In this document: positions 1-12,600 of the stretch, piece by piece
Layout: each line of letters opens with the position of its first letter
Position numbering within the stretch: position 1 is the first letter of the stretch
Origin: Lytechinus pictus
Lineage: Eukaryota
NCBI RefSeq assembly: GCF_037042905.1
Contig: NC_087248.1
Coordinates: 17,298,001 to 17,362,000 of the forward strand
DNA: 64,000 nt
Direction: 5' to 3'
Program-made: the position numbers and the translations under genes
The notes under the pieces: generated by a model
Seen by the model: the letters and a program-made list of their open reading frames with translations, nothing else
What the model was told of the DNA's origin: nothing
Database searches by the model: none

Positions 1-661
1 TTGGCATTTTATTCATCGAAAATATGAAATGATTATAACTGAATATAGCAACAATAGATACAACGATAGGGAGGATAATAACAGCATGTCATTTTGATCT
101 CAGTACGGTATACGAAATAATCTAAAATAATCATTTAAAACTTCTGTTTTAGCATGTTACCGGGAAGTACTGGAACGCAAGGTAATCGGCTTAGTCATTA
201 GAGATATTATGAATAAAAAACAATAATAAAACTGACGTAATGGTTTTAGGACCATCCTCAATTAACATTAGAGGGTTTCGATTAAGCTTTCATTAACAGG
301 ACGCTTAATTGGGTTCGGGGTTATAACCTCGGTAGAAACCCAAGTTAATAGCTTCCACATCGTAAGGCCACTCCAAGAGTCATCTAAATTTGCCCGCCAC
401 CTTAAAATAGATGTAGCAGCTTTACTATGACGTCACCGAAACCAGGAAAGTGGTGGAATCCTGGCTTAGGTGGGAGCATAGAACTATTTGTTGGGGGGGC
501 TAAGGTGTTTGGAAGACATCCTGGATCTTAGTTTGCTCATAAATATTTCAAAACATATTCTTATTTTACAGTACTAGTGCGACTCCACAAAAAGTAATGA
601 TATTCAAGAAGCAAATCTCGCAATAAGGAACATGACAACCTTGCTCAGATGCTTTATGCAA

Positions 662-965
662 TATAATAATAATTAGCAGTTCTTGTATAGCGCATATCAC
701 AATTATGAATAATGTCTCTATGCGCTTCCAAAGGACTTGGATATTATTACCCAAGCTGTAGCTTGGCTGCCGTAATTACTAAGATTACAGCGCTCGCGCA
801 TATCAAGGAATAAATTCCTGCCAGGTACCCATTCACCTCACCTGGGTTGAGTGCAGCACAATGTGGATACATTTCTTGCCGAAGGAAATTACGCCATGGC
901 TGGAATTCGAACCCACGACCCTCTGTTTCAAAGTCCGGAGACTAATCCACTGGGCCACAACGCTC
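662..965 (-). mobile_element. tRNA-derived SINE, near full length
   Basis: Minus strand begins GAGCGTTGTGGCCCAGTGG (A box) ... GGTTCGAATTCC (B box), followed by a central ...CAACCCAGGTGAGGTGAATGGGTACC block and a LINE-like tail ending in (ATT)-rich repeats. Confidence 0.85.
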
Positions 966-1727
966 AAATATGATGATAAAGACATTCAACACACATGGAA
1001 GAAATATTGCAATACAATCACTGAATCGTAACAGGACAGTACAGTCCGATATTAAGTGATCATAGTGATGGGAAGTTATAGCTCATCAAAAGGTGATATA
1101 TTAATGATCATAATTTATCTCACTATAACCATGATAACTATGTCTCCCACATAATGCATTTGAATTATTGTTATATTGTCTGTGTTGACACTCATCCCAT
1201 CTGTTACAACATTATGAAGTCATCTTCCTAATATCCTCACACCGTTTAAACAGCTGTGCTCGCTATCTCAAAAAGAAGATGGTGATGTAACTCAACCTTG
1301 TGTACAGTAGATAATGATGGAAGATGTATTCCGTGGCGTCACTCTCCTCTGTATTTCCGTCTGAGCTAACAACCCCAGACACCACCTTCTTACTCGAGAT
1401 GAGGTTGCCATGGAAAATTGTCTACCATATCGTCTGTAAATCCTTGAAAAGATGAACAGATGAAGAACGCCTTGCCTGTCCTGTAAACCATTACTAAAAC
1501 GTACATTCGTGTCGACGAACTCTGCTTACAGAGTATCGAGAAAGGAGAAAATGAAGGGGAAAAGGAATATACCTTTGACATTTTCGACTGTTGTTCATCC
1601 AGGAATAAACGTAATTAACGTGTCCAACAAGACTACATTTGCTGTAGGTGGGCTATCCATCTACTTTGTTCCACAGATTACAATATATATTTAAGTAGGG
1701 AGGCTTTGATAGTATATTTGTAATTTC

Positions 1728-2165
1728 AAGGAAAGTTTCATTCACCTTGGCAATAAGTTGGTTTTAATATAAAGCAGAAGAATTAGACAGGAATATGGGT
1801 GAAGGTTGGCGAGCTTTTTAAAAACTTTGACTTATATTGTTAGCTGCCTCTATATCATACACTATAAAATTTCATAAATTTCGATTCTGTTAAGGTGATC
1901 ATCATGACTGAATTTTTTTTCTTAAAAGCGTATACGAAATGAGCTATCTGATGTTTAAATGCACATATGAAAACTATTTTTTTATTTTTCGGGAAATTAT
2001 ATTTCGTGGAATTAATATCAGAATGAAATACGTGGGCGCTGTTCATTATGGGTCGTCACAAAATAAAAATTTAAAGAAAACCTGTACTTCCGTTATTCTT
2101 CCATGATTTTTTTCTAAACTTTCACCAATGTTTAATTTTGTCTTCCTTCTTTAATACCAACGCTA
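1728..2165. mobile_element. Degraded MITE related to the TTAA-flanked (Kolobok-like) family
   Basis: Loose inverted ends (aagttggttttaatataaagcagaag ... aaactttcaccaatg...ttctttaataccaac) resembling the elements at 44049, 54773 and 57153; boundaries approximate. Confidence 0.4.
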
Positions 2166-2340
2166 TGTCAGTGACGGTATCTTGATGGTATAAGTGCAAG
2201 TCTGTGCTGAAAAGCACAAAATATTTCCAAGAGAATGCTCTCGCTTTGTCTAATCTAATTCATTTAAAATACTATTGCCAATAATCCATAGAATAATTCA
2301 ATTACTCGAAAGGTAGCGTGTTAATATTCAAAATAAAATG

Positions 2341-2606
2341 CAACATTTATCATGTTTATGTAATGCTCGATACTATGTTTCTAAGCGCTGCATACTATTA
2401 ATCCGGTTATACGGCATGGCTTATTTTATCGGGTGCTCCAGCATTCTGGGAATCCTTCCTACCGGGTATCCATTTACTACACCCGGGTGAAGAGTGGAAA
2501 ATATAGATAAACGCCTTGCCAAATGGCACGAATGCTGTTTTGAGAGTCGAACACCGGACCTTGTGGTCCAAAGTCTGGAGACGTATCCACTGAGTCACAG
2601 CACCTC
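2341..2606 (-). mobile_element. tRNA-derived SINE, diverged copy
   Basis: Minus strand has GAGGTGCTGTGACTCAGTGG (A box), TGTTCGACTCTC (degenerate B box) and CACCCGGGTGTAGTAAATGGATACC, matching the central block of the 662-965 SINE. Confidence 0.75.
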
Positions 2607-5105
2607 TGCTCTATTGTGGGGATGAATGACCCTGAGTTCTTAATAAAGAAAATATCTATATTCAAACTTCGTTCTACGTTATTTTTGCAGTATGGATGAA
2701 TACTAAAACAGAATTGGTCGACAAGTCAGTTCTGGTAGACACATCTTCTGTCGCCATACGACATTATTCTCGATTATGAAGTCTGTTTGATATTTGTAGC
2801 AGATATCAAGATAGCAACATATGAACGAATTTTCAAAATACCCCCCCCCCCCACTCCACTTTACCTCTTGTTCTGTCATTTGATGTACTATGTGCGCGTA
2901 AGCAGATGTGTGGGCGTGTTGTGTTTTATTGTGTATTGCCATCATCCTCTGTATCAATTGCAATCTCGAATTATGATCACTTTTATCAAAATATCAAAGT
3001 TTACCATTCCTTCGGTATGATTTCAAACAATAAACATTTATGAATTAAAAAATATCAATCCAGCCTACTACATAACATCCCACGAAGTTTTGACGAAAAA
3101 CATCCGACCTCATCAAGCGGTATAATGAGTCTGCGCAAGGTTCTGCAGACGTCTTCGTGGCCCCGAATATCTTTTGTCGAAACAAGTAGATATCACCTCT
3201 ATCTCCTTGGTCGAAACGCCTTTGAACATTATAGACAAAGTTGATATTGGATTTTGATCCATAAACTTTCATAAATATTATCATTCCTATTGTTATTGAT
3301 TAAAGAAACGGTCATGGCCATATGCATCCGGGAGAGGGGGCAACCTATCGCAGAATCCGCCTCATCTAATACCGATCTAATGACAATGCGACTTTCCAAT
3401 ATCCATTGAATTTTAGGAGTTAGGTTTATAGATGGGAAAAAATATTCCTTTCATACAACAATTCGAGATCCTAAAGTTTATGATTCCTCAAGGGCACACA
3501 TTCCAGTCTTCATGTATCAGGTATATATTGGTGTTAATTGTGATGCTAAATGATATTTGTTCGGTTGCCGGATCTTGCATTCTTACTTGGGATATATCGG
3601 TTAAGGTTTGTCCATCTCAATTATGCTATATTCACACCAATGAAACCGATCCGGAACCTACCGGTTATTTACCATTCAAATTAACGTAATAGCTTTGATC
3701 GCTTTGGAGTCGGTTTCGTGGGTGTGACTGTGGTAGTCGGATGACGCTGTGATGTAAGGTTGCTCGTCAGGATAAGAAGGTCAATGAGAAAAGCAAGATG
3801 GTTGGATGTTAATGACATCAATATCACCCAAGTTCCTCCGATCACTCTCAATCAACACCAGGCCCGGGCGCAAGACACTCCAAAGCCCTCCAAAAATGCA
3901 CCGCGGTAATTTTCAATCAAGTGTTGAACGTCACTCACGCGAGATTGATATTTCGGGTCTTGATGAGAATGTAACCGAACGAGATTGAATTTTCCCCGAG
4001 TGTCATATGGTACATGAATTCATAAATGGGAGGAATTTGGGAGAAAATTAGGCCATGGATGCCTGTTAAAATATACCGTGACAATGAACGGTAGCTTTTC
4101 CATGTCGAGCAGAGCTTCACGCTGATTGAATTGGGCTGTATGAATGTGATTTGAAGAGTCTGAATTTACAAGCAGTAAACATGTCGGCGTTCCATATTGA
4201 TTGCTGCTTTATGAAGTTGAAAATATAATTTCGCAGTTTCTATTGCATTCCGTTGGGAGTGAGACCCTCAGGAGTAACATACCAGCGTTTCCTGTTCCTA
4301 TGCATGATATTCAACAAAGTTTTCAGCGTCTATCAAAATACTTGTCATAAAATTGGAACATTTGGGTATACCAATCTAAAAACACCCTATTAGGTTCCTG
4401 TTTAATGTCAACATCTGCAGTTTTCAGGAACTTTCCCGATAAACTTCCTCCTCCATCTTTAGATGTAAGGATGGGAGCTGGGTGATGACGATGTTTCAAG
4501 CGTCTGAATTAGTTGCTATGGTAACGTAGAATCCATGTAAATGCTATCTCCCTGTGGAAGGGGGTACGGAGTGGCATATCGAAAGTTGAAACAAGGGTTC
4601 AGGGACACAGGGTACATTCATTAAAACGTTTGTCATCTTTATCGTGCAACATGAGAAACTACATACGAACAGTAGGAGTATAGCATTTCATCTCCAGCTG
4701 TAATCGATAGGAGAGTTTGGGAAGACAATCGTCATTCCCGATCACCAGTTTGTCATGGCAAAAGCAATAACAACAACAACGCCAACCGCCAAAATGGGGG
4801 TGTGAATTATCCTTCGATGTGGTCAATGACTTGCCCTATATTTTGACAACCATCTTATTTGTATGCATTGAATAGTTGAGGTCGCGGTAAACTTGAAAAA
4901 AGATATTCGCAACTTGAGATGATTGCTAATACAATAAAACGTGGAGGTTTGTTGATAGGGGCAGCATGCATTTTCTGAGTCATCGGCTATAAAGTATTAT
5001 TCTAAATTGTAGACAGTCGGACATTTAATGAGATCACCGGTGATTCTTCCTAAAGTTGTAACGCAATGTAAATGTTGATAGTCAACTGCGCAACGAAATA
5101 CCCTA

Positions 5106-5172
<67 letters not shown>
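5106..5172. repeat. (TA)n microsatellite
   Basis: Direct reading; two TACA interruptions. Confidence 0.95.
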
Positions 5173-5180
<8 letters not shown>

Positions 5181-5843
5181 AATAATTAAATTATAGTAAT
5201 AATTTTCAATCTTTCAAGTAGATTAAACATTTTCATCACTTCATTCTACCTGCTTTGCAAATTCGGGGTTCTATACTGAGCTTGCCAATCCATCATAATC
5301 ATTATAAGAAACGATAATGTCTCCGGCTTTTAAGTCTTTAATTTCTGTCAAGAAAAGAAGCAAATTCCTATTTTCGTTTTATCTTTCTCATAACTTTATT
5401 TACTTAATACCACATCCTTGACGGAGAAACAGCCTTTAATAATACCGTCTTTTGAACCAAAGCTATATGACGAGTTCAGTAAGCAAGCCATGAACAAAAA
5501 GCGAGGAAAGCACCGAAATTTGTTGATCAGAGAGTCCGTTGCCTTGAACATATGCAGCAGAAAAGACAATCACAGAAAGGGGTTTCCAACTCATTAAAGC
5601 CTAAATGTCAACAACAATCTCATTGCTCATTCTCCAAGACCCATCTCGGAGGAATATTAGAAGGTTTTCTCCTGAATTATTTATATTCCTGGTATCTATT
5701 TAGTCTGTGACGGTCAAGCTATAGGCCCTGGTGCATTGCAGGATCTTTGAGAGCCAAAGCGATCATATTATCATCAATATGGGCGACGAGTAGGGGGATA
5801 GGAGGGTACGGCGTACTTTCATCAACTAACCACAAACCTTTAC

Positions 5844-6287
5844 GGTGACACGACATTTGCTCCTGCGATATTTGCTCCATTCTCACCGCAATTGTGATGC
5901 TAGCCGGCTACCCTGCTTTTTTGCAGGGCCAGATAGTACCGTACTATTTAACGTGCTAGCCCACTTTGCTCAATCGTAGTGTGAAACCGAAGTGGGCTAA
6001 GTTTAATCCCGGGATATTGGTGGGGCTAAGACCCCCCCCCCCCATTAGCCCCACCAAATATTTCCCGGGATTAAGGAAAATCTGTGCAGTGTGAAAAGTA
6101 CATAAAGGCATAGGGTTTGAGTGCGGATTGTAATAGAGTTTTTGGCCCAAAACAATGTAAATGTAAGGGTTAGGGTTACTTTATTTAGTTTTAAAGGTTA
6201 GGTTTTTTTAATTGGCTTAACGTGCAGATGTTCCATCGGAGCAATTGTCGCCGGAGCAAATTTCGCTGGATCAAATGTCATGGAACC
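5844..6287. mobile_element. MITE with GG...CC termini and near-perfect 8-bp TSD, superfamily uncertain
   Basis: TIRs GGTGACACGACATTTGCTCC / GATCAAATGTCATGGAACC; subterminal ATTTGCTCC/GGAGCAAAT repeats; flanks ACCTTTAC and CCCTTTAC; internal GGTTAGGGTT motif. Confidence 0.6.
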
Positions 6288-7534
6288 CCCTTTACATAAT
6301 GTGAAACATATAGGGTAAGCATAATTCTATGTAGGTTAATGTCATTACCATGTCTAATAAGATGATATATAGCTAATTGATGAGAATGTATTCTCATTTA
6401 CATGTTTCTTGAAATTATGCCATAGCATCTTAACACGTTGTGTTCTTTTGTATTTAGATCAGAGTGAAAACATTAACTGACTCACGACTGACAAATGAAC
6501 ACGGACGATACCTTCATGAAACTGTCCTTAATAGCACTTAAGTTTCGGTAACATAATGAAATAACATTTAGCAAGATACCGATCGCCGAGTTTTAAAAGC
6601 TCATTGAACTTTAAACGCATGATAAGAGGAGAGGGAACGCAGAGAAATATGTTGAATCCATTATCACATTATGATATTTACCTTCAATATTGGATACAAC
6701 ATGGCGAGCATTACCGGCGGGGGTATTTAAAATAGCTTCATCATCTCCTCAATTTGGCGGTTGTTTATCAAGAAAATAATCCGAATTCATCATCTGACAT
6801 GAATCGATGTAGATTGGTATTTTGACGGGAATTCGGCTCAATATTTTCAATTTTGAGAGGGGAAAAAAAAGTCATGGATGAAATAAAGATGTTCTATTCA
6901 CGTCAGTGGCTCAAATCATAAGTCAGCAAAATGGCATTTTTAAATTCATGTCGATGTCTATATTAATGTACATCCCTAGGCAAAACTTTTTAGCGATATT
7001 GAAAACATGACTTGTATATTAGAAATCTATTTTCATACTTCCCAATGTTTTTAGTTGAAACAACTCATTTCCAGTAGTCAAGGCAATACCTTTTACATTT
7101 TTTCCTTACTTTATTGGGGAGCCTCGACAGTTTGTTTTCAGATATCACCTAGCTTGACTTGAGGCGGCTCAATGGTATATTCAAAGGGGATGGGAAGGCG
7201 ATTTTAAGGTGATTTCATTTATGTTCTTGTGTGTATTAATTTTAATGAAATTCTTAGATAAATTTGCAATATACATATACATTCTTGATATAGAAGGGAC
7301 TTAACAAGGCTTTCCCAAGAAATCTATGACTAAAATCATAGACCAGAAGTTGGTGTAATTCAGATCATGAAAAATGAATCCTCGTATACAATATCCTCCA
7401 GCAATTTTTTTTAGTAGGTTAAATGAACAACATGTTTTCTGCCATGTGATCTGGCCTTAGATTTTATCCAGTGATAGCAGACTAATAGTTATCCCCAATA
7501 TTCCTTTTTACAAGGTGTATGCCTTTGCATTAGT

Positions 7535-7720
7535 AGTTCAAGTTCAAGTTCAACTTTATTCAATTCCAATATTAAAAACAACACATTGGATAAAAAATGC
7601 ATTTCAAGATAAAATAAAGTATATGAATGGTATGTACGTGCATATTGAATAGAAAAGTATTGAAATTAGGTATAGCTGTAAAAGACCGTAAAGGTAGTAG
7701 AGCAAAGACGATGAAATTTT
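7535..7720 (-). mobile_element. 3' end remnant of a non-LTR retrotransposon
   Basis: On the minus strand, AATAAA is followed by a (GTTGAA/CTTGAA)n tandem tail, typical of L2/CR1-clade 3' ends. No ORF remains. Confidence 0.4.
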
Positions 7721-8513
7721 GGTCCTGAAACCTTAGACTAGGTGGATGTATACCTCTCGGCTAGATGAGCTGTAAACATCAAATGCACTTGAAATAAAAA
7801 AAAAGATATTGCCAGATTGGTCAGGTAATGTTCGTGAGTTCCTTAATCATAAAGGAAGTCTTTTTTAGAAGCAGGTCACAGTGCCATTGGAAATGTGTTA
7901 AGCCCGAAAGGTACGACCAGTAATGTATACCCCAAACCATCCTCCTTGATTGTAGTATTATTCAACGCCCCATAACATCGAAACCTCTCATATTACATAC
8001 CTAAAACGCGGGAAATGTGGAGTAAAACCATGAAAAAAAAAAGTGGCACTTCACTTTTTCTGTGGTGAAGTTGTCGAGAGGAACATCGTCTATAATGTAT
8101 CAAGGGACTTCTCATCTTTGACATTAAAATGAAGGAGTTAAATGAACAACATGTAACCTTATCATTGCTGATATTTATTGTGAAGTTGGTACGATACCAG
8201 GGAAGGTGACTGTGTGCCTTTGTGTAAGATGGGATGTTATTATAAATCTCTACGAATTAAAAAAAAAGAATGGTAGAAAACGATTGCATGCAATTTTTTT
8301 ATTTGTTTGATGCAGATTACATTGACTTGATTAGGAATACTGATAAAATGCAATTGAATTCATCATTGTACTCGAGGTTTCATGGGTTTGCAAAGGTTTG
8401 AAAACCATCCAAATAGAGGGGGGATGGGACCAGGCTGTTATGCGTGGGTTCGAACGCATCCTCAAATGTTCGTCGGTGAAGTAAATGATTGAATTCTTAA
8501 TAGAAATAAATAC

Positions 8514-8596
8514 ATGATGATGATGATGATGAAGATGATAATAATGATAATAATAACATTTATAGGGCGCTTTATAGGGGTGTTTCAAAGCGCGCA
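8514..8596 (-). mobile_element. SINE/LINE 3' tail fragment with (ATC/ATT)n tail
   Basis: Minus strand GCGCTTTGAAACACCCCTATAAAGCGCCCTATAAATGTTATTATTATC..., the same stem-loop tail style as the SINE at 21344. Confidence 0.55.
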
Positions 8597-9379
8597 GGTG
8601 GGCTGACGAATGTACACAATGAATCTATTTATTAAAGAAAGAAAAGAAAAGAAAAGAAAAGAAAGGGAAAAAGTAATGCCAGTGTCAAAAAAGACGAATT
8701 TCAAGTGAGGATTCAAAAATCAAACAATATGCCTTATCCTATTTAATGTAATTTTTTACATCATGAAATGTAGGCCGAAATGTTAAAACAGACATGTATC
8801 TTGAAGTCATACCATGGGCCTACAACGAATCATACTTCTGGGCTATGAAAATAATAGATATCCTGGATTGGGAGCGTTGTAGTCTAAAAGAGATTAAGCG
8901 AATGGAGTCTAATTAATTTTAATTATTAGACCCGTCTCCTTTTTTCCTCTTTTATTCTTGCACATGCCCCCAAAACACCTTATCATACACACCCGCGCGC
9001 TCACGCACACCCTCCCTTGCACATTACCCCCCCCCCCCGCCCTCTCTATCTGCTTTGATTTATTTTATAACATTATGGCATATGATGAAAGTATTATCTC
9101 TTTTTCACGATCATGATACTGATTGATAAATAGTGAGGACTTTCATTATGTTTCGAATCATGTCGGGGAAAAGACTGACAGTCACCGGATACTACGGATA
9201 TTCGAAGGAGCCTCATCGTTGCACCGAGGATTTGAGACGAATAGCAGGCAGCTGCTACTTAAAATACCGCATTTAAATTGAGCAAGCTGGAATTGAAGAG
9301 AAAGACAAAAACCCAGGAGACATATCATGATTCAACACACACACAATGCTTGACTTCTCCGTGTTAAACTAGATATGCA

Positions 9380-9650
9380 AAGCGGGCAGCACGGGGATTG
9401 CGACATACGACACTCGACCACAACCAGAACATGAGAAGAGACGCCAAGACAGACCACGTGATCAGTGGATGGCGACACGGCGGATCAGAGATGTAGACCC
9501 GCGCGCTGAGCTCCCATGAGACGCGCGGTCGTTGGAAATGCGTGTAATGAAACGACTCCGTCGACGTCACACACAGATCGGTTACGGCGTGCAGTTAGGG
9601 TCAAAGGGGCGAGTCCCATACGTGGTAATACGGGTCAGAGCTTCCGTAAA
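9380..9650. promoter_or_regulatory. CpG/GC-rich island, candidate regulatory element or promoter
   Basis: Clearly higher GC and CpG than flanks; CACGTG E-box near 9455 and a CRE-like GACGTCAC near 9563. Function not demonstrable from sequence. Confidence 0.3.
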
Positions 9651-12600
9651 ACTGTAAAATAATCAATATGACTGACAGACAGGTCATGCTGTGAATGAAA
9701 ACCGTAAAAAGAAAAGCATTTTGACAGTGTCATATGTATCCGGGGAGCTATTTCCGTAGTCATAGTCTCTTCTAACCTCCCTGCTTTATTGACATGGTCC
9801 TCCCACATTTTCCTCTTGCCATCACGTTTTCTTTGAATATGAAGTGTTTTGATGTCTCCGCGAAACCTTAATACATTTGTGTTATTGTATCTTTTATAGT
9901 GTCATTTCTAAATGCGCTCCTTCCTTTTCTTTCAATTTCGTTTTTAACTTCTCCTTCTCCGTTACATTGGATGGTATCGATTAATTCCAGTCACCCCCAA
10001 AAACTCTTTTCGCCTTGCGAGAGCTGAAATCAGGTCTTGATGAAAGAAGAAGGAAGATATTTAGAAAGAAGGTGAGAAGATGGGGAGTAAAAATCGGGAT
10101 AGAGGTTGGGAGAGGACACAAGTCAGGGTTCTTTTCATCTCCAAAGTGATTGCCTATTTTTCGTCGCTCAATTCCTGTGCAAACCACTCGTGTCCGCTTT
10201 TCAAGCCTCGTGCGTGACTTATCGATGGATGGTTCGGAAGCCGTATTTCTCCCGTGACCGGTCGTGACAGGATCTCGTAGTATCGATTCCATGCTGATCG
10301 GCTACGTGTTTGTCACTCTGTAAAGTCGTCGGTGTATTTCTGTGCCATAGCTTTCCTCTCGCCATTTATCAATTTCCTCGAAATGATATATTCTAGCACC
10401 TTCTCGACCATTAGTTTGTCCTCCTCTTGTACTACTCCTTTTGTCTTGTCATATGGTTATTATCACTTTCCTGCCAAAGTATTACCTCGTTATATTACCA
10501 TGATTACACACTGTTTCCTTCGCCATCCTTAAAAGGTCTCCTTTAGTTTTACGTAAATAATGACTCCAAGTTCAAGTCGATGGGACTTGTTTATACTCGA
10601 CAAGATATACCATGCCTATTGAGAGATTGCACAAATTATTCACTAAATCGGTTGTTGTCTTTGTTGTCTTGTAAGGACGGGTCCAAATATGCAACGGTCT
10701 TTTAGCATCCCCAACTCATGAAACTATTTATTTTCCATTTGAAAAAAATATGTAGAAGTTTTTTATTGTTTTGGTTCACTGGCCTAAACCAGGTTACGAA
10801 GTGCATTCTCAATACATATTTAATCCTTTATCCAATTAATCCATTTTATTGTGTCACCATTTTGAATTACTTGCAACTCCCCCATGGCGCTCCACAAAGA
10901 GCAACATTCATTGACTACGTGATTACCAAACCCTTACAATCTCCAATGTAATACGTTGGGCACGGAAACCTCAAATTCAGGAAAAGGTCTTATAAGGTCA
11001 ACAGTTTGTCAAGTTTTTGGCCCTTGATCTTCGTGCTCCTGCATCGACGACTTGAACAACCAAGTGGGTGTCGAGCCCATATTCCATACCAGTTGTGGGT
11101 AATGTCAATTGATTTGACCTATGATAACTATTCTTTCGATTAGTTTTCCCTGTTGCTCAAAAACATTCGTATCAGGAACTATAAGGAAACAAATGCCACA
11201 AAATCGTCGTCGGACGATGGCTATCTTATTGACTATTAAGCATTCGACTTAAAACCGTCGGGAGTTAGGCTGTTTATGCACTTGCCTCGAGTCTATCATT
11301 CATTGTACTTGGAATTGCACATAATTTTGGTAGTTCATTCTTCTAAAGATGGCAAGAACATAATTGTCGAAATGTCGACATTTAGAGTCGTAATCAGGAC
11401 AAAACACATTTTGTCCACATCAGAATACATGTTGTATTGTGATACCTAGACTGATCAGTTCATTTTTTTTCTCTGAAAAATAAAATCCTCTCGTTTTTAT
11501 TAAAATGAAAGCAGTTGACAGCCTCATGGACTATAAAACCGATAACAAACTAAAAACAAAATGGCGACCAGACGATCCTTCAAAATCAAAGGACGTTGAT
11601 GAGGTTTCGTTCCTCCTCCGATATTTCCCCCGGAGATAACTTTGACGGAATATAATTTCGAGCTTGCTGCTTGAAGGTGCCGAAATGCTAATTTATGAGA
11701 GAGCGGGATGTTTAGAGAGGTAATTTACAGTTTGACTTGCCGACTAATTGGCATTCAATAAAAGTGCTGGAATTAATCGTGTTTGTACGTAATGGGTCTG
11801 CGTGAGAAGTAAGGACGCAGTCACACTGTAGCTGACCTGAAACCTAACCGACCAATTACTTGTAATTCACAATAACACGATCGTTTGTATCGATAATAAG
11901 GTCTCTTTGAATGTGTAACTGGGACCTAAAGAGATCCAGGGTAGTGAAGTTTTTGTCTGACCCCTGCCGAGTAATTTTTAAAGATAACAGCCTTGAAAAA
12001 AACAATGTCGAATGAAAACCATCATTAAATATTCTTAAACAAATGTTTTTGCAAACCGTACATGTGCAAACAAATTGCATTGATGAAATGATTACATGAA
12101 TTAACGAAAAATGACAATCTGATTTTTTTTTTAGAAATAGTAATGAAAATAATGCATCTACGTATTGAATTATATTTTCAACTCAAATTTTACTAATCAA
12201 ACTTTGTATTTTAGAAAAGATACTGAACATATTTTCCTCTGATATGGAGCATTGCTGCATAGCCACCGGAAAATTAAAGTAATTGCAAAAAACTAGACGA
12301 GACGGTTGACACTGAATGACGTCTAGAGTCAGCTGTTAATTAAGTATGATTTCATCCTTAAATCAAACAGGTACAATTTAAGAATGCGATTGTTTTAAAG
12401 CTTTAATTTCATTGCCCTTTTGCCGTATTTCTATACCATGTAAGGAGGTATTACATTAAAAAAGAGAACGTGTAGTTTATCAAATTGAACCGTTTACCCC
12501 CCCCCCCTCCCCCAAAAAAAGTCTCAAGGGCGTGATTCGAGTAATCGAATCGCTCATGCGTGTATCATATATCAAATATATCTCTATATGGGAGGGTAAT

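Noticed and set aside
896-965. Functional tRNA gene
   Set aside because: The acceptor and anticodon stems do not pair fully and the sequence runs into a SINE body.
1390-1626. Minus-strand exon with AG/GT-like boundaries
   Set aside because: All three frames from the putative acceptor contain stops and no homology was recognised.
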